Below, piece after piece: positions 9,037-17,489 of a stretch of DNA of 32,000 nt. The notes beneath the pieces are model-generated. The model had not been told where the DNA came from. It saw only the letters and a list, made by a program, of their open reading frames with translations, and made no database searches. Made by a program: the position numbers and the translations under genes. Source of the DNA: an uncultured Colwellia sp. (GTDB lineage: Bacteria; Pseudomonadota; Gammaproteobacteria; Enterobacterales; Alteromonadaceae). The DNA lies in the NCBI GenBank assembly GCA_913061365.1, contig CAJXUT010000004.1, forward strand, positions 6,748 to 38,747, written 5' to 3'. Position 1 is the stretch's first letter; each line of letters opens with the position of its first letter.

Positions 9037-10050
9037 CTAAAGTTGAATGAACTCAAAAGCTAATTTGTATTCAGTCCTTTCTGTGAATATTGGCTCACCT
9101 AAAGGATGATCATCATCGTAAATAATTAACGCACCAATAACTGAATTCTTTGGTGGAGTAGGTATTGAACCAAGTATAAAAGTTACGCTTGATTCTCCAA
9201 ACTCCATAAAGCCACCTGAAGCTTTGTATTCAACCCCTTTAATGACTACGCCAACATCAGTGACGCCTCTTGCGGCAAGATCGTGCGGTATGCCATCAGC
9301 CAAAATAGGTAATGTATATGGCTTATTTCGTTTTATATAAAAATTAATTTTTTCTGTTTTAGTGCGCTCTTGACCTAAAACACTGTAATTACCATTTTGA
9401 GATACGAACGAATATTTTACGTTAAACTCAGCTTCAGTTAATAAAACAGAAGTATCATTTGTAGTGAAATCAACAAGCGTAGACCAAGCACCATTACCAG
9501 CCGCATTAATAGCTCTAACTCTAATAGAATACATCGTTGAAGCAGTTAAGCCTGTGAGCGATATTGGGTTAGCACCACTAACTATCGAACCATTATCAAC
9601 TTGATACTCAAAACCTTCTTGATCTAATTCAGAGTAATTAAAGGGAACTGTAGCTGAAGAGTCAGACTCAACAACCACTCCAATAGTTACAACGCCTTGC
9701 GGCACCACGGGAACTTGTTCCGCTTCTGAAGTAGTAACGTTTATTACGGCTGACCAAGCACTTGCACCAGCATTATTAATCGCTCTCACTTCAACTTGAT
9801 AAGCAGTATCAGCAATCAATCCCAATATAGTTAAAGGGTTGGCGCAGTTGTTAGCTGCTCCGCCATTTAATCTATATTCAAAACCTGTCTGATCTGATTC
9901 TGAATATAAAAATGGAATCGTAACGCTATTTTCAAGCTCTACAATAACCCCTACTGAAATAACACCTTGCGGCAGAGCTCCACTATTAACAGGGCTCCAT
10001 TCGTTGTACCCACTCCACTGATTAAACATTACTGTGTTACTCCATAACAT
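9037..10050 (-). CDS. Tail-module protein with two tandem FN3-like domains
   Basis: 337-aa ORF. Two ~83-aa units 90 aa apart (LPQGVISVGVIVE...YQVEVRAINNAGASAWS...TTSE and VPQGVVTIGVVVE...YSIRVRAINAAGNGAWS...TTND). Alternative start ATG at 10029 would overlap the upstream stop as TAATG. Confidence 0.65.
   Translation of the reverse strand: MLWSNTVMFNQWSGYNEWSPVNSGALPQGVISVGVIVELENSVTIPFLYSESDQTGFEYRLNGGAANNCANPLTILGLIADTAYQVEVRAINNAGASAWSAVINVTTSEAEQVPVVPQGVVTIGVVVESDSSATVPFNYSELDQEGFEYQVDNGSIVSGANPISLTGLTASTMYSIRVRAINAAGNGAWSTLVDFTTNDTSVLLTEAEFNVKYSFVSQNGNYSVLGQERTKTEKINFYIKRNKPYTLPILADGIPHDLAARGVTDVGVVIKGVEYKASGGFMEFGESSVTFILGSIPTPPKNSVIGALIIYDDDHPLGEPIFTERTEYKLAFEFIQL
9457..9975 (-). repeat. 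Tandem duplication (~270-bp period) encoding two FN3-like domains
   Basis: Residues 26-108 and 116-198 of the 337-aa protein align with many identities (PQGV..(I/V)GV(I/V)VE, GFEY, ANP, VRAINxAGxxAWS, TT). Confidence 0.8.
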
Positions 10051-12092
10051 AACACTCCTGTTACTGGAGGATTATTTCCATCACATATAGACTTAACAAG
10101 TGTCCCGTTATTTAGGGGAACCTGTAGCGCGGCAGTGCCAGAAGAGAAAGTGATATTTTCTACAGATACTCTAATCATAGGCGATTGAGAAGCATCCCAA
10201 ATCTCGAAAGAATATGAGCCATCAGGAATACCAGTAGCAGTCAGGGTAAGAGTAGAATCAGATGAACTTTCTATTGCCACAAACAAAGGCTCTACAGCGA
10301 CGCCAACACCACCGTAAGTTAAGTCGCCTCTCGGCATCTTAGTATGGTCTGGGTCGGACGCGGTGTGACTATTAATTTCGACCTCTCCCGTAGGAACGGA
10401 GTCTAAAACAAGAGTTATAGTATTACCGACAGTAGAGATACTTTCTACAGAAATAGTAGAATCAAATCCGTCAACAGATACGCCAAAACATTCTTCACAC
10501 CCTACTGGCAATGTAACCCCAGCACTGCCATTAAGGTTGAGAAATATCGTAACTTCATTTCCTTCTAAAGACGCTCCCAATGGTATCGGCCCTCGACCAG
10601 AATTATTAGAGGTTCCTTGCAAGTTATTAAAGGAATCAGCAAACCGCAAAATAGCTTGCAACCTGCCTGCATCCTCTCTGTGCAAAGTATCCGACATAGG
10701 TAGGTCAATAGTCTGGTGACTTATGTGTACATCTGCGTTAGCATTTGCGAAGTTAGTCTGGGCTTGTCGTACAACATTCCATACATCCCCCGTAATGCCT
10801 TCTTTCCTACCAAGCTGCGCAATAAACATAGGGATTTCGCTAGAAGGTTGTCCAGTAACAGACAATAAATCTGCTCTAAGTAGTCCTAGATTATCGAAGT
10901 ACGCTGCGTTGTATGGGTGAGATGTATCAGACTCCCCATGCCCCCAAAAAAAGTTATTAATTTTCCCCCCTGCTGCGGCAATAGCTGCGACAGTATTTGC
11001 GTGATTCGCGCCAGAAGGGAGGTGGGTTGCTATCGCGGAACTATTTACAGCGGTGTTGAACACAGCTACACAACAATTATTTTCAGCAGCTATGACATTG
11101 AGCGCATCAATTATAGGCTCATCAGTAGGCAAAGCCCAAGAGCCTACGCCATCGAAAATACAGGTATCTTCGTGAGGAACCGTAGTCACGCTAGTCTCCG
11201 AAGTCCAACGCACAGTACCAGACTGACCGCCCAACAAAATAAGAAACCCGAAGCCTACTTTGCCACTCTGCGCAACAATAGAATTATCATCATCGAATCT
11301 AACCAGAACTCTACAATATTTGGCTTTAGGGACTTCAATTTCTCCAGAGAATACCCCACCAGAAAGGTCTGCATCTACGACAGTCCAGTCTACAAGGACG
11401 GTGTTACTAACATACTCTTCTACCTTAACTTTTATTACAGAAGGCGCATCAGCTTTCTGATAAGAACCAGATACAGGGAGTAGACAAACACCACCAAAAG
11501 TAGGGAACACTCTGTTCTGTGGATAAGGGTCTAAGGTAATAGAATCAGTGGAATAGTTGCCTACAGAAATATCTCCAGAAATGTCCACACCACTCTTTAG
11601 GTATGCACCTGCCCCTGTAGCACCTTCGTGCATACCAGTCGCATCCATATCGGTTCCGTATTGAACATCGTTCCACAAGAATTTCAATACATTATCTTCA
11701 ACGCTTAACTCAGCAACGCCGCCAATCTCATGCGTAAATCCTGATATATCTTGTATAGTATTTCTGACACCAGCTACGACATGCACTACTCGAACACTAG
11801 TAGCACTTAGCTTGAAATAGCCTATGTAGTTATCTACATCAACAATACGTACAGCACAGCCCTGATAGTTGACTATTTTTGTAATAGCCATCTGCACAAA
11901 ATGGTCATCGGAACCTGTGTCATATGTAACAACTACAGGATTAAGAACTACATTATCTAGCAGTCCACTTCCATTAGTAACTATGCCTGATAAGTCGTTA
12001 GAATAACTAGCAGAAGTAGCCCAGCCCGGTATACTTTGAACTTCAGTTCCTACTGGAAAGTCAGCCCACAAATCATTATAAATTACGTTCAT
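10029..12092 (-). CDS. Tail-associated protein with SASA/SGNH-like carbohydrate O-acetylesterase domain
   Basis: 687-aa ORF. Motifs in order: LLGGQSG (GQS nucleophile block), FFWGHGESD (QGE.D-like block), SDTLH (D..H). This matches the pattern of the sialate O-acetylesterase (SASA, DUF303) family. ATGA overlap with the upstream gene. Confidence 0.6.
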   Translation of the reverse strand: MNVIYNDLWADFPVGTEVQSIPGWATSASYSNDLSGIVTNGSGLLDNVVLNPVVVTYDTGSDDHFVQMAITKIVNYQGCAVRIVDVDNYIGYFKLSATSVRVVHVVAGVRNTIQDISGFTHEIGGVAELSVEDNVLKFLWNDVQYGTDMDATGMHEGATGAGAYLKSGVDISGDISVGNYSTDSITLDPYPQNRVFPTFGGVCLLPVSGSYQKADAPSVIKVKVEEYVSNTVLVDWTVVDADLSGGVFSGEIEVPKAKYCRVLVRFDDDNSIVAQSGKVGFGFLILLGGQSGTVRWTSETSVTTVPHEDTCIFDGVGSWALPTDEPIIDALNVIAAENNCCVAVFNTAVNSSAIATHLPSGANHANTVAAIAAAGGKINNFFWGHGESDTSHPYNAAYFDNLGLLRADLLSVTGQPSSEIPMFIAQLGRKEGITGDVWNVVRQAQTNFANANADVHISHQTIDLPMSDTLHREDAGRLQAILRFADSFNNLQGTSNNSGRGPIPLGASLEGNEVTIFLNLNGSAGVTLPVGCEECFGVSVDGFDSTISVESISTVGNTITLVLDSVPTGEVEINSHTASDPDHTKMPRGDLTYGGVGVAVEPLFVAIESSSDSTLTLTATGIPDGSYSFEIWDASQSPMIRVSVENITFSSGTAALQVPLNNGTLVKSICDGNNPPVTGVLCYGVTQ

Positions 12093-12373
12093 TTTATTAC
12101 CTTTTTCTTTTTTGTTTTCTCGCCATTTTTATAGCGATCGTAGGAATACTCATTAAAGCCAAGGGTTTTAGTTATGAAATTTTCAATTTCTCTCATATCC
12201 GCGATAGTGCCTGCTTCATTCTCCTTGAACATCAAACCATCAATACTTAATTCACCGTTTACTATGATCAATCTAACTATTGCACTATAAGGAGCACCAT
12301 AGCTTTTGGTGCGCATTGCTCGTACTTCTTTTATCTCGAACAACCAGTTTTCACTCGCTGTTATATGCTTCAT
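12089..12373 (-). CDS. Hypothetical 94-aa protein with Lys-rich C-terminus
   Basis: ORF MKHITASENWLFEIK...KTKKKKVIK. Tightly packed between neighbours (3-nt gap upstream, 4-nt overlap downstream). Confidence 0.5.
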   Translation of the reverse strand: MKHITASENWLFEIKEVRAMRTKSYGAPYSAIVRLIIVNGELSIDGLMFKENEAGTIADMREIENFITKTLGFNEYSYDRYKNGEKTKKKKVIK

Positions 12374-12375
12374 TG

Positions 12376-12705
12376 TTATTCAACGAGCCCTTGCTCTAAC
12401 TCCCATTCATACGCGCGTTTACAATGCTCTTGCTCACCACTAAGCAAAGCTATTAAACAATCTATTATTCTTGCTTGAACGTTATAATTAGGTTTTAAGG
12501 CCATAAACTGCCCACTCCATCCGCTAATAGTTCTTCGGTAGGTTCCGTGAGCAACTGTGCAAATCATTACATCAATAGAAAACCAGATCCTAAATGCATA
12601 CTCGTTCTTTTTTACCCAAGGCAATAACGGAACAAACCAAACACCAACAAGCAAACCAAGAACTACATAAGCAAACAAAGTGCGAATTACTTTCACCAAA
12701 ACCAT
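12376..12705 (-). CDS. Small membrane protein (moron-like position)
   Basis: 109-aa ORF with a hydrophobic N-terminus (IRTLFAYVVLGLLVGVWFVPLLPW) and a good RBS (AAGGGG). It sits directly after an intrinsic terminator at 12727-12756. Confidence 0.55.
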   Translation of the reverse strand: MVLVKVIRTLFAYVVLGLLVGVWFVPLLPWVKKNEYAFRIWFSIDVMICTVAHGTYRRTISGWSGQFMALKPNYNVQARIIDCLIALLSGEQEHCKRAYEWELEQGLVE

Positions 12706-12726
12706 TGTTACCCCTTATTTTTTACA

Positions 12727-12756
12727 TAAAAAAACCAAGTGATAACTTGGTTTTAT
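12727..12756 (-). terminator. Intrinsic terminator after the 217-aa structural gene
   Basis: Minus strand: AACCAAGT TATC ACTTGGTT followed by TTTTTTAT. An A-run on the other side makes it potentially bidirectional. Confidence 0.75.
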
Positions 12757-12793
12757 TTAATTCTCATGTGACTAACACTAAAAACAGTGTCTG

Positions 12794-13447
12794 CTATTCT
12801 TTAACTAACTCACCTGCCATCGAGCTATCTGTCTGTGTTTTTTCACCTAACTGTGTCTTAAATGCATTTTGGTGCATCATACTTTTGTTAGGGTTAGCAG
12901 CATATTCAGCATCTTTCATGTAGCAGCGATACATGATCCATTCAATGATTGCGTTAACATAAATATCATCAAGTGATATCAATTCATCTGCGTCATTATC
13001 AACCATCGAAATTGTCGGTGGTGCTTTCGAATAAACCACGGTAAGCACAGTAGACACCACTACACCAGGGTAAAGATAGAACGTCTTCGGGTTACGCTCG
13101 TCATAGATAAACAATTCTGCTTGAGTAGCGGAGTTGCCTGCATACCACTCAGGGTAGTTATCATCAAGTACAGCTCTATCGAATGGCCCTCTAATTGCTC
13201 GGCCACTTGCATTACGAGGAATATCAATTAAACGCAAAGCATCTGCAGGCAATGCCTGTTTAGTGCCAGCAATACACTGGTAATCATCTACATCACTTGT
13301 AAAAGCATCAGGTCGTCGAAGCACAATAGCTCGCTGGCCATCATTTAGATAATCTAGTAATTCTTGTTTTGGCCAACGAATAAAACCACTATCATTTAAT
13401 AAATTATTAACACGTAATAATATTTCGTTTGAGGTAATGAGTGACAT
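12794..13447 (-). CDS. Virion structural protein, head-tail connector/adaptor candidate
   Basis: 217-aa ORF, start overlapping the upstream stop. Position is between the head genes and the tail module; no diagnostic motif recognised. Confidence 0.35.
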   Translation of the reverse strand: MSLITSNEILLRVNNLLNDSGFIRWPKQELLDYLNDGQRAIVLRRPDAFTSDVDDYQCIAGTKQALPADALRLIDIPRNASGRAIRGPFDRAVLDDNYPEWYAGNSATQAELFIYDERNPKTFYLYPGVVVSTVLTVVYSKAPPTISMVDNDADELISLDDIYVNAIIEWIMYRCYMKDAEYAANPNKSMMHQNAFKTQLGEKTQTDSSMAGELVKE

Positions 13448-14019
13448 TAGAAAAAGTCTCGCTTAGATATAGGTTGAAGTTGTCTTTCATCATTGGCAGC
13501 GACTCGAACTCTAAAAGCTTCACGATGCCCTTTAATAAAATCTTGTTGGTAAAAATTACTTAATGCGATATCGGTCCATATTTGACCAGGCATAATACGG
13601 AGTAAAGAAGCTGCACCAGCGGCTATTTCGTCAGGCCAACGGTTCAAAAGGTTGTCGTTAACCTCCATACCATCTTCCATCGGTAATTTAGGCACAATAG
13701 AATAAGTTACTTCAACAGAGTTAAACCGCTTATCGAGCGTGATTTCATTACTCGTATTAACCTTGTAATCAACTCCTTTAGTTAGCTCTTCACCATTTAA
13801 ATCATCAACACCATTAATTTGATGTATAAAATGATCATAATTTGGTGACAGCTCAACACGACCATTAAGCTCACGATCTACGATTTCTACTTGCTGAAGG
13901 TAACCCGATTCAAGACAAAAGTTTCGATACGCTTTTTTTAGTTGATCAATTGCTTGCTGCTCAAGCATGCCTGAGCACTTTTCTCGCAACAAAGGCAATA
14001 ACTCACTTAATTGTGCCAT
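13447..14019 (-). CDS. Virion structural protein, head completion/adaptor candidate
   Basis: 190-aa ORF with AGGAA RBS. Assignment by position only. Confidence 0.35.
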   Translation of the reverse strand: MAQLSELLPLLREKCSGMLEQQAIDQLKKAYRNFCLESGYLQQVEIVDRELNGRVELSPNYDHFIHQINGVDDLNGEELTKGVDYKVNTSNEITLDKRFNSVEVTYSIVPKLPMEDGMEVNDNLLNRWPDEIAAGAASLLRIMPGQIWTDIALSNFYQQDFIKGHREAFRVRVAANDERQLQPISKRDFF

Positions 14020-14023
14020 TTAC

Positions 14024-14476
14024 TTATTCCTGCTCTTTTAGCTCAGGAGCGCCGTTTTTTTCACGCAAGGCATCACGGATAGCAAGACGGTAATCAGCTA
14101 CAGGCTTTTTCTTAGTTGTAATTATTAACTCTTCAGCCTCAACAAGCGTATCTAATTGTCGTGAGCTATATTTAGCAATATCAAGCTGTTCTTCATTAAC
14201 TACAACAATCATGTTTAACTCAAGATCAGCAGATGCTTGCGCTTCTTTTTGCTTTGCTAATTGTTCTGCAATCGCTTCTTCTTTAGCTAACTGCTTAGCA
14301 ATAACTTTTTCAGCATCTTCTTCAAGCACCCATACTTCAGGGTAATCAAGTAATCGCTGAGCAATATCGTTTTCAACGGATACTGCTTTAAAACGAGGAA
14401 ACACTAAACGAGAACCTGTGACGGTATCTTTCTTTTTAGGCTTCTTTCCAATATATACAAGATTAATTTTTGACAT
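14024..14476 (-). CDS. Hypothetical head-module protein
   Basis: 150-aa ORF with GGAGA RBS and a central EAIAEQLAKQKEAQ coiled-coil-like stretch. Confidence 0.45.
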   Translation of the reverse strand: MSKINLVYIGKKPKKKDTVTGSRLVFPRFKAVSVENDIAQRLLDYPEVWVLEEDAEKVIAKQLAKEEAIAEQLAKQKEAQASADLELNMIVVVNEEQLDIAKYSSRQLDTLVEAEELIITTKKKPVADYRLAIRDALREKNGAPELKEQE

Positions 14477-14489
14477 TTTCTATCTCCAT

Positions 14490-14516
14490 TAAAAAGCCCG
14501 GACAAATGCCGGGCTT
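14490..14516 (-). terminator. Intrinsic terminator after the decoration-candidate gene
   Basis: Minus strand: AGCCCGG CATTTGT CCGGGCT followed by TTTTTAAT. Confidence 0.75.
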
Positions 14517-14548
14517 TTAGTGATTAAATTAATGGTTAGCTTTACTAA

Positions 14549-14929
14549 TTAATAACCTTTAAAGCGATATTCAAGCTGAATAGTGACTTCACCCGTAGCA
14601 TCACTACCACCAGTATTCGTCAACACCAAATCGCTTGGACCATTATCATTAATGTACACTGGCTTTAAGGGTTTATTGCCAATATCAGCAGAGATTGTAG
14701 CAACAGCAAGCAACTCTGTTTTTGCATCAGCCCCATCAACCAACTCAACCTTAATTGCTGTACCAGCACCTAAATTTTCAGTAATGTGACGAATACCAAC
14801 AATTTCAGTGCCGATAGGCAACTCTTCTTCAAGATTAACGGTACCTGAAGCTGCTAATGCAGATAGCGCAACAGTCATGGTATGTAGAGACAAGTTGCCG
14901 TGTGCACCGCGATAAAATAATTTTTTCAT
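14549..14929 (-). CDS. Head decoration/cement protein candidate (start revised to ATG at 14929)
   Basis: The ORF-track start at 14965 lies inside the terminator hairpin. ATG at 14929 (MKKLFYRGAHG...) has GGAG 9 nt upstream. The gene sits directly after the major capsid gene and is bracketed by two intrinsic terminators. Confidence 0.4.
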   Translation of the reverse strand: MKKLFYRGAHGNLSLHTMTVALSALAASGTVNLEEELPIGTEIVGIRHITENLGAGTAIKVELVDGADAKTELLAVATISADIGNKPLKPVYINDNGPSDLVLTNTGGSDATGEVTIQLEYRFKGY

Positions 14930-14944
14930 TGAAGTAACTCCAAA

Positions 14945-14977
14945 ATTTAAAATAAAAAGCCACAATAAAGTGGCTTT
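14945..14977 (-). terminator. Intrinsic terminator/attenuator after the major capsid gene
   Basis: Minus strand: AAAGCCAC TTTATT GTGGCTTT followed by TTATTTT. Confidence 0.7.
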
Positions 14978-15002
14978 AACTATTTATGATGTTTAAAAAG
15001 GA

Positions 15003-16214
15003 TTATTGAAGCGTTACAGCAGTATCAATAACCATGGTACCGTAATCATTCATTCGGCCTGACTTGTTTTTGAAGCGAACTTTTTTACAGCCGTCCATCC
15101 AAACAATTGCCGTTTGACGGTTATTGCCCATATCGGTTTTTTCAGTAACCATTGAGAAATGATGACCAGATTCAGAACCACCATAAGCATTCGCTAATGA
15201 TTGACCACCTAATAAAATAGCGCGGTCAATATCAGTACCAGCCGTTACTTGTGATTCAGTAGCCGCATTGTTGTTTTGTGAAATATTCACAGTATCACCG
15301 GCATAAAAGCGAACTGGTTTACGATATTGGCGAATTAAAATATTACGCCACATCATCACATCACCTTTAAATACTGAGTGATTAAAGCCTTGACCACGGC
15401 GCATTGCAGCAGCTTGAAGCTCATTAATCTTCTTATCAGTAGCATCTTTACGAATGTCACGCCATTGGCGAGGTGTAACGAAAAGAATATAGAAAGGTGA
15501 CTCATTAGCCATTTGGTCGGCTTCAAACGATACATGTTTGATAGGGTTTGCTTGTTCTTCAAGGATTAACGCTAAATCATCCACTTTATCAAGTGTCATA
15601 ATGTCAGCAGGATCAATCGTTTCAAAACTAGTAGCATCACCACCGAACAAATGACGATCATAAGTTGGAGCCATTACAGGGTTAACCATAATTTCGCCAA
15701 ATTCTTCATCGTTACTTAATGGTGTAATAATGCCATCACCTTGGAACGAACCACGCGCACCAGCAAGATGATATAAGCAGCGCTCATCTTGAAGATCGTT
15801 GTAGTAATTACCAAGTAAAACCTTAGCAGTAGAAAGCAAGTTATGCTTAGTACGCTTTTGTTCCATCTTACCGCCTGACGTTACAGGCTTACGGCCTTGA
15901 TCAATTGATAGTTCAAATACTGTTTTACTTAAATCTTCAGTACGACCATCAATTAATTTGTCACCCATTGTTGGGCGACCGGTTAAATCATGAAACAAAT
16001 CCATTTCAACCGTATCACCGGCTTGGCTTTCCAAATCATTAATCATAACGATTGGAGCACCTTTTTCAGTTTGATTTTTACCGTGGTTTTTATCTTTTTT
16101 TGCTGATTTAGGAGCTGCACCAGTCATCATGTTTACAAATGTATTTTGACGACGAGTATGTAAGAAAAAGGCAGCGCCAAAGGCTTTAGCCGCCTGAGCT
16201 TTAGAGATTGTCAT
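15003..16214 (-). CDS. Major capsid protein
   Basis: 403-aa ORF immediately downstream of an acidic scaffold-like gene and followed by an intrinsic terminator. The order portal-scaffold-capsid is canonical. Confidence 0.7.
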   Translation of the reverse strand: MTISKAQAAKAFGAAFFLHTRRQNTFVNMMTGAAPKSAKKDKNHGKNQTEKGAPIVMINDLESQAGDTVEMDLFHDLTGRPTMGDKLIDGRTEDLSKTVFELSIDQGRKPVTSGGKMEQKRTKHNLLSTAKVLLGNYYNDLQDERCLYHLAGARGSFQGDGIITPLSNDEEFGEIMVNPVMAPTYDRHLFGGDATSFETIDPADIMTLDKVDDLALILEEQANPIKHVSFEADQMANESPFYILFVTPRQWRDIRKDATDKKINELQAAAMRRGQGFNHSVFKGDVMMWRNILIRQYRKPVRFYAGDTVNISQNNNAATESQVTAGTDIDRAILLGGQSLANAYGGSESGHHFSMVTEKTDMGNNRQTAIVWMDGCKKVRFKNKSGRMNDYGTMVIDTAVTLQ

Positions 16215-16223
16215 TTTGTATAC

Positions 16224-17327
16224 CTATAAAAAATCCGAGGCACCTTCTAACAAGTCTTCAATTTGCGCATCACTCATACCTTCCATAGATGCAGCCATAG
16301 TAGCTGCATCTTGGTCGAGTAATTGACTATTATCGCTCATATCAGAGCCTTGATGTCCGATATCTGTCGGAGAGTTTGGAATAGGAGCTTTTTGAGATTG
16401 AACTAATGATTTACTTGCTGGAGTTTCAACTTTATCAGCTGGTGCTTCTTCAGCAGTATCACCAAACGCGCTCATTACACGTTTTTCAACTTCAAGAAAT
16501 CGCTCCGAAGGAGTTTTATTATCAAACGATGGGTCTTTCGCAAGTTGTGCATCAACCAGTGTTGCCATGTTCCAGCGTTCAGGGTCGCTTTTATTCCAAC
16601 TCTTAAGGTGAGTTGATTGATCAAAAGCTTCTGTTACTGGGTCTTGGTCAGCATCAACAGGTGTTTCCACTTGTGCTTGCTGTACTGGTGCCGCTTGCAA
16701 TTGACTTGCTAACGCTTCAACCAGTTCACCGATTTGCGGATAATCTTCTTTGACTTGAGCCATTAGCTTAGGGTCTTTAAGCATTTGCTCAGGAAGTAAT
16801 TTAGGATCTAATCCCGCTTCACTTAATTGCTTAGAGTGAAGTTCAGCAACACGTTTAGTGTCATCAAGATCGCTTTGCAATTCAGCACTTAACTTTTGCT
16901 GCTCTTCAAGCTGTGCTCTGACTTCTGCTGTTTCACCTCTTGCGCCTGCTAACAGGTCATAAGGTAATTTGTGCTTGCCATTTTTAGATTCTAAATCTGC
17001 GTTATCTTTTGAGACTTCAACAAAATACTTGCCGTCTTGCTCGATAACGTTTGATGGGTTTGCTTCTTCAGCCGGTGACGATTCCGGTGCTGCTTCAGCT
17101 GGTTTATCAGCTTCTACAACTACGTCATTTTTATCAGATGCTTTATCATCAATTACTTCTTCAGCTACTTCTTTTTCAACTACTGGTGTTTTAGCTTCTT
17201 CACCTGGTAACTCTTCTTCGACTTCTTCACCAAAAAGTAATTCACCAGATATTTCTGCTTCATCTAATGCTGCTGCAATAGCCTCATCATCACCAGATGC
17301 TAATATTTCATCAAAATTATCACTCAC
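16224..17327 (-). CDS. Scaffolding protein
   Basis: 367-aa, very acidic (runs of E/D), Ala/Glu/Lys-rich helical-looking protein between portal and capsid genes. GTG start with GAGGA RBS. Confidence 0.6.
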   Translation of the reverse strand: MSDNFDEILASGDDEAIAAALDEAEISGELLFGEEVEEELPGEEAKTPVVEKEVAEEVIDDKASDKNDVVVEADKPAEAAPESSPAEEANPSNVIEQDGKYFVEVSKDNADLESKNGKHKLPYDLLAGARGETAEVRAQLEEQQKLSAELQSDLDDTKRVAELHSKQLSEAGLDPKLLPEQMLKDPKLMAQVKEDYPQIGELVEALASQLQAAPVQQAQVETPVDADQDPVTEAFDQSTHLKSWNKSDPERWNMATLVDAQLAKDPSFDNKTPSERFLEVEKRVMSAFGDTAEEAPADKVETPASKSLVQSQKAPIPNSPTDIGHQGSDMSDNSQLLDQDAATMAASMEGMSDAQIEDLLEGASDFL

Positions 17328-17420
17328 GTTTTTTCCTCATCGACCATTTATCGTATGGTTACGAAATTTATGTTCAGGCGTATCGCTGCCAGTGCGAAGG
17401 TTGTGCAGTTTTGCTAGGCA

Positions 17421-17486
17421 CAAAAAAACCGCCTCAGATTGCTCTAAAGCGGTTTTGTTTTAACTAGCTAGGGGATTACTCCCCTA
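17421..17486 (-). terminator. Tandem hairpins after the RyR-domain gene; the second is an intrinsic terminator
   Basis: Minus strand: TAGGGGA GTAA TCCCCTA (17469-17486, no T-tract), then AAACCGC-16 nt-GCGGTTT followed by TTTTTTT (17421-17455). Confidence 0.6.
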
Positions 17487-17489
17487 TAC

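Noticed and set aside
10029-12092. Apparent G+C shift of the esterase tail gene suggesting recent horizontal acquisition
   Set aside because: Spot counts of individual 60-nt lines gave 38-52% G+C inside the gene and 43-47% in terminase, portal and fibre lines, so no clear difference could be established by hand. A sliding-window GC and codon-usage calculation is needed.
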